A stretch of DNA of 63,306 nt, filler included, from Octopus bimaculoides (GCF_001194135.2; 9 parts of 8 records of this genome joined end to end with filler, not necessarily neighbours in it); one strand, 5' to 3'; positions 13,376-25,874 are shown, counted from the first letter of the whole stretch. Notes: generated by a model not told the origin, from the letters alone. Numbers and translations are program-made.

Positions 13376-14082
13376 AGTAGAATTGAATAACCCACTAATT
13401 TGTGCCTACTAAAGCTGGCCTTAAAAAAATAATGATGGTAATAATTGCACCACTTGCAGAATACCTGAGTGAAAAAAAATAATGACTCGTGTGTACTGAA
13501 TAATGAAAGTATTAGTGTAGTACAATTTTACATTTTGAAAATTTGAAATACTGTCGTTTTAATTTTTTAATTATGGAAAGGTAAATACAAATGCGAACAC
13601 TTAAATTTATACACTTTATGTATGTGGCATTCCTTTGATTTGAAATTACTGAGAAAACTTTGAGACAAATGCTAAGAAATACCAAAAGAAGGATGTTAAA
13701 TTTTATATGCTACTAGCAGAAATACCCGGCTTAAAGAGAATAATGAAATCTAAAAACGCTGTCTAGACTACGCAACCCTCAACTGTTAGTAGCTACGATA
13801 CCATATTTCTACATTAATAACTCTCCAATTCGTGCCAGCATGGAACATAGACATTAAGTGGAATGCCAGTCTCTCATCTAGGAGGGCCTTGAAATCAATG
13901 TTACCAACTGGAGGTCTGCAACGAAATAATTTTACTCAACACTTTGCAAGTGAATCAGTGGAGGCAAAGATGCGTCTCATTTACTTGACAATTTATGCAC
14001 CACATTGCAGAAATCCCAATGTAAGTATATCTGAAAGGGTAGTCTTACACTGTTGTACCGTTGAATTACAAATAATGCTCAT

Positions 14083-14182
14083 NNNNNNNNNNNNNNNNNN
14101 NNNNNNNNNNNNNNNNNNNNNNNNNNTTAATTAATTAANNNNNNNNNNNNNNNNNNNNNNNNNNNNNNNNNNNNNNNNNNNN
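14083..14182. other. Assembly gap pad: 44 N + TTAATTAATTAA + 44 N (also at 16852, 27007, 36256, 46496, 51603, 58766, 62119)
   Basis: Identical 12-mer with stops in all six frames, centred in 100-nt N blocks. Confidence 0.97.
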
Positions 14183-14459
14183 CACACCAGCATCGGTTGT
14201 CAAGCGATGTTGGGGCGACAAACACAGACACACAAACATACACACACACACACACACATGTATATACATATATAAATATTTATACATATAATACACACAT
14301 ATGCATTAACGCACAGACACACACACATATACACACTACGTACATACGTATGTCTGTCTGTGTGTGTGTGTATGTGTGTATAGATAGATAGATAGATATG
14401 CATATATTTTTCATATGTGTATATATATATGTATATCTATCTATTTATCAATATACATA

Positions 14460-14760
14460 TTCTTTTATTCTTTTACTTGTTTCCCTCATTTGACTATTTT
14501 GTAAGCTTAGTACTTATTCTGTTGTCGAACCGGGGACATAAACACACCAGCATCGGTTGTCAAACGATGGCAGGAGGACTAATACAAACACACACACACA
14601 CACACACAAATACATATACGACGGGCTTCTTCCAGTTTCCGTCTATAAAATCCACTTACTTACAAAACATCGGTCGGTCCGAGGTTCCACGCAGTGGGAC
14701 TGAACCCTGAATAATGTGGTTTGGAAGCAAGCTTCATACCACACAGCCACACCTGCGCCT
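14460..14760 (-). mobile_element. SINE family A copy (internally deleted)
   Basis: Head ends ...cacacagccacacctgcgcct at 14760; tail cttttacttgttt at about 14465-14480. Confidence 0.85.
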
Positions 14761-14980
14761 GCTAACACTGCCACGCCTATATATATATATATCACCCAGC
14801 GCCAAAAGTGTGTCCGTTGTGTACACGTGCGCGCGTGTGTTAATGTGTGTGTGTGGAAAGAGAACTCGAAAGCTGGTGAATAGCTTGTGTGAATCATTTC
14901 GACTCTCTGAAGCGGCCGCCGGCTACTTTTTCCGGTTAAAGAGGTATTTTACGCGATTTTATGGAGGAAATATCACAATA

Positions 14981-15145
14981 GGCGCAGGAGTGGCTGTGTG
15001 GTAAGTAGCTTGCTTACCAACCATATGGTTCTGGGTTCATTTCCACTGCGTGACACTTTGGGCAAGTGTCTTCTTCTATAGCCTCGGACAAACCAAAGCC
15101 TTGTGAGTGGATTTGGTAGACGGAAACTGAAAGAAGCCCGTCGTA

Positions 15146-15176
<31 letters not shown>
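14981..15176 (+). mobile_element. SINE family A 5' half (duplicated across the next gap)
   Basis: Identical to 15503 onward, including 10 nt of upstream flank. Confidence 0.85.
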
Positions 15177-15502
15177 NNNNNNNNNNNNNNNNNNNNNNNN
15201 NNNNNNNNNNNNNNNNNNNNNNNNNNNNNNNNNNNNNNNNNNNNNNNNNNNNNNNNNNNNNNNNNNNNNNNNNNNNNNNNNNNNNNNNNNNNNNNNNNNN
15301 NNNNNNNNNNNNNNNNNNNNNNNNNNNNNNNNNNNNNNNNNNNNNNNNNNNNNNNNNNNNNNNNNNNNNNNNNNNNNNNNNNNNNNNNNNNNNNNNNNNN
15401 NNNNNNNNNNNNNNNNNNNNNNNNNNNNNNNNNNNNNNNNNNNNNNNNNNNNNNNNNNNNNNNNNNNNNNNNNNNNNNNNNNNNNNNNNNNNTATCACAA
15501 TA

Positions 15503-15900
15503 GGCGCAGGAGTGGCTGTGTGGTAAGTAGCTTGCTTACCAACCATATGGTTCTGGGTTCATTTCCACTGCGTGACACTTTGGGCAAGTGTCTTCTTCTA
15601 TAGCCTCGGACAAACCAAAGCCTTGTGAGTGGATTTGGTAGACGGAAACTGAAAGAAGCCCGTCGTATATATGTATATGTATATGTAGATATGTGTGTTT
15701 GTGTGTCTGTGTTTGTACCCCCAACATCGCTTGACAACCGATGCTGGTGTGTTTACGTCCCCGTAACTTAGCGGTTCGGCAAAAAAGACCGATAGAATAA
15801 GTACTAGGCTTACAAAGAATAAGTCCTGGGGTCGATTTGCTCGACTAAAGGCGGTGCTCCAGCATGGCCGCAGTCAAATGACTGAAACAAGTAAAAGAGA
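15503..15900 (+). mobile_element. SINE family A, full length: tRNA-like head, internal microsatellite, 3' arm, (AGTAAAAG)-type tail
   Basis: Pol III A-box-like TGGCTGTGTGG and B-box-like GGGTTCA.TCC; same structure recurs at 17632, 25540, 33745, 40773, 53010, 59240 and 61555. Confidence 0.9.
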
Positions 15901-16160
15901 ACTGTTCTCCTGCGTTCAAGATTTTCATAAGCTCTGTAAGAAAAACAAAAAAAATGTCCCCCCACTATGTGTTCTCCATTACTTTTATACTTTATATTTA
16001 AACCCCAGATCAAACTAGACTGAGCTGTGTTAAGATCAAAGGCATTACACCCATGCCCGTCCCGTCAGATTTTCAAAGATAATGCATTTAGAACTCAGGA
16101 CTTATGCGACAGAGGTGGATGGAGATATTTCTTAACTGAACCCCTCATAAAATATTTGCT

Positions 16161-16371
16161 TATATTCCTTTCTGCTATAGACACAAGGCCTGGAATTTGT
16201 GGGGAGGGCAATAGTCGATCACATCAACCCCAGTACTTGACTGGTACTTTAATTTATCGATCCCGAAAGGATGAAAGGTAAAGGCGGAATTTGAACTCAG
16301 ATCGTAAAGACGGACGAAATGCCGCAAAGCATTTTGCCCGGCGTGCTAACGATTTTGCCAGCTCGCCGTCT
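16161..16371 (-). mobile_element. SINE family B (variant 3' end)
   Basis: Reverse complement of ggcgagctggca.aatcgttagcacgccgggc.aaatgc...gagttcaaattccgcc head. Confidence 0.85.
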
Positions 16372-16912
16372 TAATATTTGCATATATTAAAGACTAACGT
16401 TCATAATAAAGAATAAGTATTTTTTATAAACCCTGATAAATTCCTCTCGAAGTTAAGGAGCCCGTCTAACCCCTATATTATCCTCATGCTCACACACTCT
16501 CAAGATCAGCTTAGATCGGTCAAATACCCTTAGAAAACGCCCCAACTCTTCGAAACGCTTGGTTTTAGAATGGTGGCAGCTGATGAAGGAAAAGTTCTCT
16601 ATGTGGCCTGTGTGTTTTCTGTGCTCTGTTTATGTTCTGTTTCTCATTTTGTCCACGTTTTTTTTTTTGTGACGTCCTGTACCCAGATATGCATCTATAT
16701 ATACATGTAGATGTAGGTATGTACATACATGTACGTATATATGCATATACTCACATATCATTTGTATATATATATATATGTGTGTGTGTATGCATGTATG
16801 TAAATATNNNNNNNNNNNNNNNNNNNNNNNNNNNNNNNNNNNNNNNNNNNNTTAATTAATTAANNNNNNNNNNNNNNNNNNNNNNNNNNNNNNNNNNNNN
16901 NNNNNNNATATA

Positions 16913-16963
<51 letters not shown>

Positions 16964-17631
16964 GTATATATATACATGTATATATATATGTATATATCTA
17001 TATACACACACACACACACACATATATATATATGTACACACACACACACACACACGCACACACATATATATATATATACATGTACAGACACACACACACA
17101 CACAAGCATATATATATGTGTAAATATGAATATTTATATGTGTGTGTGTATATATAAATAAATATATATATACATTCATACGTACATACATACATACACA
17201 CACACATACACAGATTCACACACACACACGCACACACGCACAGATACACATAGGCATGTAAAGAAACAGATAGATTAATTGATAGACAGACAGACAAATA
17301 AACTGATAAATAGATGCCATCATTTGTTTACAAAGATATCACTATGTATACTTTCAATTTCACTTTGTTTCCGCAGGTGTTACATACACACACATACACA
17401 CACACACACATACATACACATACACACGCATACTCACACATACACGCAAACATACACAGACATACACACATACACTCAAACATACACACACATATACACA
17501 CATACGCACATAATCACACATACACACATACACACACATACACACACACATACACAGATATACACACACATAACACACACATGCATACACATGCACACAA
17601 ACATATTTATTGGATATACATGTATCCAATA

Positions 17632-17793
17632 GGCGTAAGAGTGACTGTGTGGTAAGTAGCTTGCTTACCAAACACATGATTCCGGGTTCAGTCGCACTTC
17701 GTGGCAACTTGGGCAAGTTTTTTCTACTATAGCCTCGGGCCGACCATAGCATTGTGAGTGTATTTGCTAGACGGAAACTGAAAGAAGTCCGGC

Positions 17794-17845
<52 letters not shown>

Positions 17846-18060
17846 GTGCATGTGTTTGTGTGCCTGTGTTTGTCCTCCCAACATCATTTGATAACCGATG
17901 CTGGTGTATTTACGTCTTCGTAACATTAGCGGTTCGGCAAAAGAGACCGATAGAATAAGTACTAGGCTTACAAAGAATAAGTCCTGGGTCGATTTACACG
18001 ACTAAAGGCGGTGCTCAAGCATGGCCGCAGTTAAATGACTGAAGTAAAAGAGTAAAAGAG
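17632..18060 (+). mobile_element. SINE family A, full length
   Basis: Head-to-tail match with 15503-15900; internal (TA)n(TG)n differs in length. Confidence 0.9.
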
Positions 18061-19029
18061 TATATATGTGTGTATATGTATTTATGAATGTATATGTACA
18101 CAGAATGTATATGTACACATGCATATGTACACAGAAATAATAAGCACATATATATACATATGTGTGGGTGTTTAAACACACTTGTTTATATATGTGACAA
18201 ACATAACCACACATACACACGTTCAGCTGTTGATAGACATTTCTGTATAATTGCTTATGGAGATACTAAAATTGTAGAAACATGCATAGAATCCTTGTGT
18301 ATATGCGTATGTATGGTGTTTGGTTTTGCGCGCGCGTGTGTGTGTGTGTGTGAGTATGGAGTTATATTTCTCCGCATGGGCTAGGTTTCCATTTTCCTGT
18401 CCTGAACAGGTGTTCCGTCTGTTGAGAGAGTGCAAATTCTTACAGACACCAGAAAACTGTACAGATAACTGGGATAGTGAAANNNNNNNNNNNNNNNNNN
18501 NNNNNNNNNNNNNNNNNNNNNNNNNNNNNNNNNNNNNNNNNNNNNNNNNNNNNNNNNNNNNNNNNNNNNNNNNNNNNNNNNNNNNNNNNNNNNNNNNNNN
18601 NNNNNNNNNNNNNNNNNNNNNNNNNNNNNNNNNNNNNNNNNNNNNNNNNNNNNNNNNNNNNNNNNNNNNNNNNNNNNNNNNNNNNNNNNNNNNNNNNNNN
18701 NNNNNNNNNNNNNNNNNNNNNNNNNNNNNNNNNNNNNNNNNNNNNNNNNNNNNNNNNNNNNNNNNNNNNNNNNNNNNNNNNNNNNNNNNNNNNNNNNNNN
18801 NNNNNNNNNNNNNNNNNNNNNNNNNNNNNNNNNNNNNNNNNNNNNNNNNNNNNNNNNNNNNNNNNNNNNNNNNNNNNNNNNNNNNNNNNNNNNNNNNNNN
18901 NNNNNNNNNNNNNNNNNNNNNNNNNNNNNNNNNNNNNNNNNNNNNNNNNNNNNNNNNNNNNNNNNNNNNNNNNNNNNNNNNNNNNNNNNNNNNNNNNNNN
19001 NNNNNNNNNNNNNNNNNNNNNNNNNNAAA

Positions 19030-19800
19030 TTATTCCTTCTTACATACATACACACATAAATGCTTACATACATACCTGCATGCATACACACATGCATACA
19101 TACACACACGTACACACGCATATACTCGCATGCATACATACATACCTACATCCATACGTACGTACATACATACATACATACATACATACATACATACATA
19201 CAAACATACATACATACATACATGCATAAATACATACATACATAGAAGCACAGTAGATTACATCCAGGAAATCGCCATCTTCCATCCCACTGTGCCCTCC
19301 GTCATTTCCTTTTGCTACAACCATGGTACCCTCCTCTGCACCCTTTCGAACTTGCTGACCCTTCCATCCTCATATAATTCCCAGTTGGTCCCTCTTTTCG
19401 CTACTTTCCTCTTAACTGTTATATTGTCTCATCGCCCCCCAAAATTTATACTAAATATTATATTCAAGTTCTCTTGCTTATCTCTGTGTGGAGCTTGCGT
19501 GTATGTATGTATGTATGTATGTATGTATGTATGTATGTATGTATGTATGTATGTATGTATGTATGTATGTATTATGCTTGTATGTATGTATGTATGTATG
19601 TATGTATGTATGTACGTANNNNNNNNNNATGTATGTATGTATGTATGTATGTATGTACGTATGTATGTATGTATGTATGCATGCATGCATGCATGCATGC
19701 ATGTATGTATGTATGTATGTATGTATGTATGTATCAATATATGTATGTATGTATCTATGTATGTATGTATGTATCTATGTATGTACGTATGCATGTATGT
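19030..19800. repeat. (CATA)n and (TATG)n arrays in inverted orientation around a 254-bp unique core
   Basis: Left array tacatacata..., right array tatgtatgta...; core 19245-19498. Confidence 0.9.
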
Positions 19801-21832
19801 ATGCAATTTGTATAGATAGAAAACAGATACATATGTATACATACATGTCTTTACATATATATATATGTATATATATATGTATGTATATATATATATATAT
19901 ATATNNNNNNNNNNNNNNNNNNNNNNNNNNNNNNNNNNNNNNNNNNNNNNNNNNNNNNNNNNNNNNNNNNNNNNNNNNNNNNNNNNNNNNNNNNNNNNNN
20001 NNNNNNNNNNNNNNNNNNNNNNNNNNNNNNNNNNNNNNNNNNNNNNNNNNNNNNNNNNNNNNNNNNNNNNNNNNNNNNNNNNNNNNNNNNNNNNNNNNNN
20101 NNNNNNNNNNNNNNNNNNNNNNNNNNNNNNNNNNNNNNNNNNNNNNNNNNNNNNNNNNNNNNNNNNNNNNNNNNNNNNNNNNNNNNNNNNNNNNNNNNNN
20201 NNNNNNNNNNNNNNNNNNNNNNNNNNNNNNNNNNNNNNNNNNNNNNNNNNNNNNNNNNNNNNNNNNNNNNNNNNNNNNNNNNNNNNNNNNNNNNNNNNNN
20301 NNNNNNNNNNNNNNNNNNNNNNNNNNNNNNNNNNNNNNNNNNNNNNNNNNNNNNNNNNNNNNNNNNNNNNNNNNNNNNNNNNNNNNNNNNNNNNNNNNNN
20401 NNNNNNNNNNNNNNNNNNNNNNNNNNNNNNNNNNNNNNNNNNNNNNNNNNNNNNNNNNNNNNNNNNNNNNNNNNNNNNNNNNNNNNNNNNNNNNNNNNNN
20501 NNNNNNNNNNNNNNNNNNNNNNNNNNNNNNNNNNNNNNNNNNNNNNNNNNNNNNNNNNNNNNNNNNNNNNNNNNNNNNNNNNNNNNNNNNNNNNNNNNNN
20601 NNNNNNNNNNNNNNNNNNNNNNNNNNNNNNNNNNNNNNNNNNNNNNNNNNNNNNNNNNNNNNNNNNNNNNNNNNNNNNNNNNNNNNNNNNNNNNNNNNNN
20701 NNNNNNNNNNNNNNNNNNNNNNNNNNNNNNNNNNNNNNNNNNNNNNNNNNNNNNNNNNNNNNNNNNNNNNNNNNNNNNNNNNNNNNNNNNNNNNNNNNNN
20801 NNNNNNNNNNNNNNNNNNNNNNNNNNNNNNNNNNNNNNNNNNNNNNNNNNNNNNNNNNNNNNNNNNNNNNNNNNNNNNNNNNNNNNNTATACATATATAT
20901 ATATATATATATATATATGCATATATGTCAGTGTGCGTGTTATGAGAGTGTTGTGTGTGTGTGGTGCGGGTAGCTATATTTTTAATATTATATATCATAC
21001 GTAATATTAGGGTTTTCCCCCTAAAATAATACAAAAGTGGGCATGACATATTTATTAACTGAAGTCATTGAAATTCCAAATGCTGGTGGAGTGACGCTTC
21101 CTCTATCTTATTTTTTTCTTCCTGTTTTTATTGCAGGAAAATAACGAGTTCCGCTCTGTTTTCCAATTTCTCAGACGTTTTTATTTTGGCTGCGTTATGA
21201 AATCAACCATTGTCCTCAAATACTGTCCTTCACTTGATTCAACAGTTAAAAATTGGAGGCACCAGATGTGGGTTGTATAGTGGATGTGGGTTCGATGATT
21301 GCCCGGTTTGCTAATTGCCTTATATGTTACCAACAATATATGGTTGCGCGTTATCATATTGACTGTGGATCGGATTGCGATTCTGCCTCGCCTCTTCCGG
21401 CTAATGGCCTCTCTGTGTATTTTGCGCGTCTCGGTGTAGCTCTCGTTGCGTACAGTGTAACACTCTCCGGAAAATGAAGGAGAAGGACGTCCGTTATTAA
21501 AAAAATAAAACAGCAAAAGAAAAACCATGAATTTTCTGTATCAGTCGCAACAACGTGTCATCAAGGTGAAAGCGTCTGATGAATGGGTACAACACAGGAC
21601 ATCTGAATATTTTCAAATAGAATTTGAGCGTTGAGTTCTGTAATGGCACAAAAGCATCACAATGGACACAATGTTGAGTAATATGGGTATATGCAGGAAG
21701 AGTTATTCCACTAATATGTGCAAGTTGGAATACGTAAGCTTGTTAATAAAAAAAATGTATGCCTGCTTTTGCATTACTTTCAGGTCGACCTGTGAGTGTG
21801 CGCGTGTATATATATATTTGTAAGTGCATATG

Positions 21833-22802
21833 CAGGGTGTAAGAGGTATTTCAGAGCATATTTTATAATTTAATAAAGCAACTCTAATCTAGCAAGAAAT
21901 TAAATGTATTTTAATGGAAAAAAAATTGTGCGCATATTCTCGAAAAGGTTTTTTTTAATAAGATTATTCTATGAATCCACCATCAACTTCGATGACTGTT
22001 TCAACGTGTGAACTCGATTGTTGACACGCTTGCACTAAATGGTCTTTATTCATTTTGGACATCAGCTGGACAATTGTGGCATTCAGTGAAGCCATGGTAT
22101 TGAGAAAGTGTGGATTAGTCTCTCTTTCAATATCGCTCCAAACATACTTTAAACCTGGTGAGTTTGAAAGCCACAAGTTTAGTATATGAATCGTAAAGAT
22201 TATCTGACATCCATTAACGCCATGAAAAGATGTGTAAAACTTAGCATGCATCACTTTGGGAACATCAGAATGATCTGCACATAACCATCTGTCATTTCTC
22301 CTGTTGAGTTTTTGGTCTTGCTCGAGGATTTTCTCATCAGAGAACCAAAGCGTGTCATCTTCTTGTTGCGTAACCGCTTGGAATGGAATCAACAGTTTTC
22401 CTATGTATTTGTAGACATGGATTGGCCTCGCCTCAGTACATATTTGTATTGAATGTCCTCGTGCATAATTCACTCTGACACCTGCGGTTCTTTGATTTTC
22501 CGAAATTATCATCGATAGTGTTTGGAACACGTTGGACGAATTGTGGTGGCCTTTTCGTGTCCGGCAGTTTGATACTGTTGAAACATCCTCGGTAGAAACT
22601 TCCAATTCCATCCGAATTTTTTTCTCAAAAGATGTTGCAACATTTAGAAAGTTGACAATTTGCAAATCGGTATCTTTCGCAACATTGACTGCATATCTTT
22701 TCATTTCTTGTATTTGCATTTTATCTGCAGAAAGAAAAAAAAATCATTTGAAGAGATTAATATACTGATAATTAATTGTCCTTAAATACCCCTCGCACGC
22801 TG
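21833..22802 (-). mobile_element. Tc1/mariner superfamily, maT/DD37D-type transposon, internally deleted
   Basis: ORF 21964-22719 has WFSDEK...NRRNDRWL...SDVPKVMHAKF and a C-terminal LWLSNSPGL...AC...ETVIEVDGGFIE. Degenerate 22-bp TIRs cagggtgtaagaggtatttcag (21833) and cttaaatacccctcgcacgctg (22781-22802), 17/22 matches. Confidence 0.85.
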
Positions 22803-24099
22803 TGTGCACGCTCGCGCATATTATGTTTGCGTGTATGTATGTATGTATGTACGTATGTATGTATCTTTGTAAGTATTTATGTATTTTGCTGTGAGTTGGT
22901 AAAACCATTTTATCATATCAATGTCATTAGTAATACTTTGTAGAAGTGTGGTGAAAGAGAGAGAGAGATAGGGGGTGGAAGACAGAGAGAAAGAGAAAGA
23001 AAGAATTAGAAAGTGAGAGAGAGAAATCAGTAAAAAAGAGAGAGAATTTTTCTTCCGTCTTAAATTATTTATTTAAAACATTACTCCTTCCCTATAAAAT
23101 TTTAATAAATTGTGATTTTTATTCTGGAATTGAAAATCAAATTGCATATATTTTTCTTATTCTATGCAATATTTGTGAAATAATATTGAAAATTTTTTAT
23201 ATATAAGTGCTGGATTTTTTAACCGTAACTCTTGTTCCGGTTATAAAGGCCAATAAAATACACACTTTTAGAATTTCAACGTTGAGACGAAAACAATCTT
23301 TCTTTCTAACATTGTAGGAGAAATATATTTATGGACATAAGAATGTATATATTTATGTCAAGTAGGTGTTTGGTTTAATAATTTTGGTATATGTATCTAT
23401 ATCATTTTATTAGTATTTTTACACTTCCATACTTGCTGTTCTCTAAATCAAATTATTGCTGAACTTCAAATCATTTTTCGCCAGAGAAATTCGCTAAGTT
23501 AAACCTATAACAAAATGTTTTACTCATATTATCACACACATAGAAACAAATATAGTAACTAAGTGGTAATTTGACCCTCAAAATTATCTGATTGTTGTTA
23601 TGTTTGTCGATTAATTAACTGCTACTATTGCAATGTCAAGGAAACAGACGACAGATCTCGACAACAACAAAGCAGAGATTGCACTGCAAAATTCTAACAA
23701 AAGCATTTCTTTTTAAAATGCTCTTGATCGATTTTTTTTAATTGACCACAAAAGTGCAATTTTTCATTGTTGCTTAAACAGCTTTTATTAGTGTTTTTTC
23801 TACATCGATGATGTTTATAGCCTTAATATTGCTTTCAAGTTTTGGCATAAGACCAGTAGTTTCGAAAGAGAAGGCAAGTCGGTTGTTACATCGATCCCTG
23901 CGTTCGACTGGTACTAATTTTATCGATCCCCATAGGCATCTAAAGTATCGTCCAACTTATTAAATGTTTACCCCGATAGGGGTAACAATTTTTAACATGT
24001 TTGAATGATGGTAGGTTAAAGTGAGAACAACTGATGTGACATGTCTGTTATCAATCGATCATGGAAACCATTTTTTCAGGTGTTGAATAACGTCACTCC

Positions 24100-25258
24100 T
24101 TCCCATGTTCACTCCAACGTCCCTTTCCCAGTTTTCAGAGTTGGCACTATCAATGTGGGCACATTGAAAGGTAGGTCTAGTGAGATTGTCGAGATGCTTG
24201 AACGGAGATGTGTTGATGTATGTTGCATCCAAGAGGTAAGGTGGAGAGGAGCTTCAGCCAGGTTTCTCACAGGCAAGACACATAGGTATAAAATTTTCTG
24301 GGAAGATAACAGTGACGGGGTAGGTGGCAGAGAAATGGGTGGATAAAGTCACAGAGGTAGATAAAGTGCTTAAGCATAGGCTAGTTTTGACAGAAACCTC
24401 TCAAGGAAGGACCACTTTTATGATATTTTTCTGCAGGCTTCCTAATAAAACGAGTGACAACGATCTTCTCTTCGTGGGCATGTCGGATAGCAGCCTGGTA
24501 TCTTCCATGGTATGCATGAGGGCCATGGAATTGGGTTCCGAAACGAAAACGGAACAAGGCTACTGGAGTTCTGTGATGCAAATAACATTTCAATCTGCAA
24601 CACCTACTTCGGTAAGCAAGCTACCTGATAACCTACTAATCAGCTAGATCGATTACATTCTCCCCAGAGAGCGGGATGCATGGTTGCTCCTAAATACAAA
24701 GACCTCCCTGGTGGAGAATGCACTCCCAGTATAGACTAGTCATTAGTGACTTTAGACTCCAGGCCAGAAGGATGCTGAGAAGTAAACCAATCTGCAAAAG
24801 AAGGATTTGGAAGTTTAAGGACTCTTCATATGATCAGAGATTTAGGGACATCCTAATTAAGAAATTTGATGAAAGGGAGGAGCTACAGAATTGTGACATA
24901 GAGGGCAACTGAGAATTCCTGAGTGACAGCTTGTTAAGTGCCACAGACCAAATCTGTGGCCGGTGCAGAGTCCTATCTAGATCTAGGGTAATGACCAATA
25001 GATCTAAGAAACAGATTTGGAAGGCCTTGAAGAATGGGGGAGGGGGTAGCAGAGAACTGTATCAGATTGCCAGAAGGGATGCTAGGAGACAAGTATATCT
25101 AGCCAAGGGAGAGAAGCAGAAAAGAAGTTTGCCTATGTTCAGCCAAATCAGACTGGAGCCTGGTGCAGCCTTCCAGCGTGCTAGCCCAGTCAAATCGTCC
25201 GACCCATGCCAGCATGGACAACGGACATTAAATGATGATGATGATGATGATGATGATG
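24100..25258 (+). mobile_element. RTE-clade LINE derivative: AP-endonuclease and linker joined to the 3' tail, RT absent
   Basis: FRVGTINVGTLKGRSSEIVEMLERRCVDVCCIQEVRW (APE N-terminus), RLLEFCDA, IDYIL, QYRLVISDF, LSATDQICG; then caaatcagactggagcctggtgcagcc...acggacattaaat(gat)n tail. Confidence 0.85.
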
Positions 25259-25539
25259 AAGGTGTGTACATATATATGAGTGAATACACACGCGCGCGCG
25301 CACACACACACACACNNNNNNNNNNNNNNNNNNNNNNNNNNNNNNNNNNNNNNNNNNNNNNNNNNNNNNNNNNNNNNNNNNNNNNNNNNNNNNNNNNNNN
25401 NNNNNNNNNNNNNNNNNNNNNNNNNNNNNNNNNNNNNNNNNNNNNNNNNNNNNNNNNNNNNNNNNNNNNNNNNNNNNNNNNNNNNNNNNNNNNNNNNNNN
25501 NNNNNNNNNNNNNNNNNNNNNNNNNNNNNNNNNNNNNNN

Positions 25540-25625
25540 CTATAGCCTCTGGCCGGCCAAAGTCTTGTGAGTGGATTTGGTAGACGGAAACGGAAAGAAG
25601 CCCGTCGTATATATGTATATGTATA

Positions 25626-25656
<31 letters not shown>

Positions 25657-25874
25657 GTGTGTGTTTGTGTGTCTGTGTTTGTCCCCCCAACATCACTTGA
25701 CAATCGATGCTGGTGTGTTTAGGTCACCGTAACTTCGCGGTTCGGCAAAACAGACCGATAGAATAAGTACTAGGCTTACAAAGAATAAGTCCTGGTGTCG
25801 ATTTGCTCGACTAAAGGCGGTGCTCCAGCATGGCCGGAGTCAAATGACTGAAACAAGTAAAAGAGTCAAAGAGT
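25540..25874 (+). mobile_element. SINE family A (head lost in gap)
   Basis: Match to 15600-15900. Confidence 0.9.

Noticed and set aside
14127-14138. Recurrent palindrome TTAATTAATTAA (eight copies)
   Set aside because: Always centred in a 100-nt N block, with stops in all six frames: an assembly spacer, not biology.
14971-15677. Exact direct duplication of about 185 bp on both sides of a gap
   Set aside because: Identity includes the unique flank and both copies touch the gap; most likely overlapping contigs or haplotypes left unmerged.
18320-21049. Very long ORFs (250-499 aa) here and at 28.6, 34.2 and 53.8 kb
   Set aside because: Made of N-runs and MYVC/HTYI microsatellite translations.
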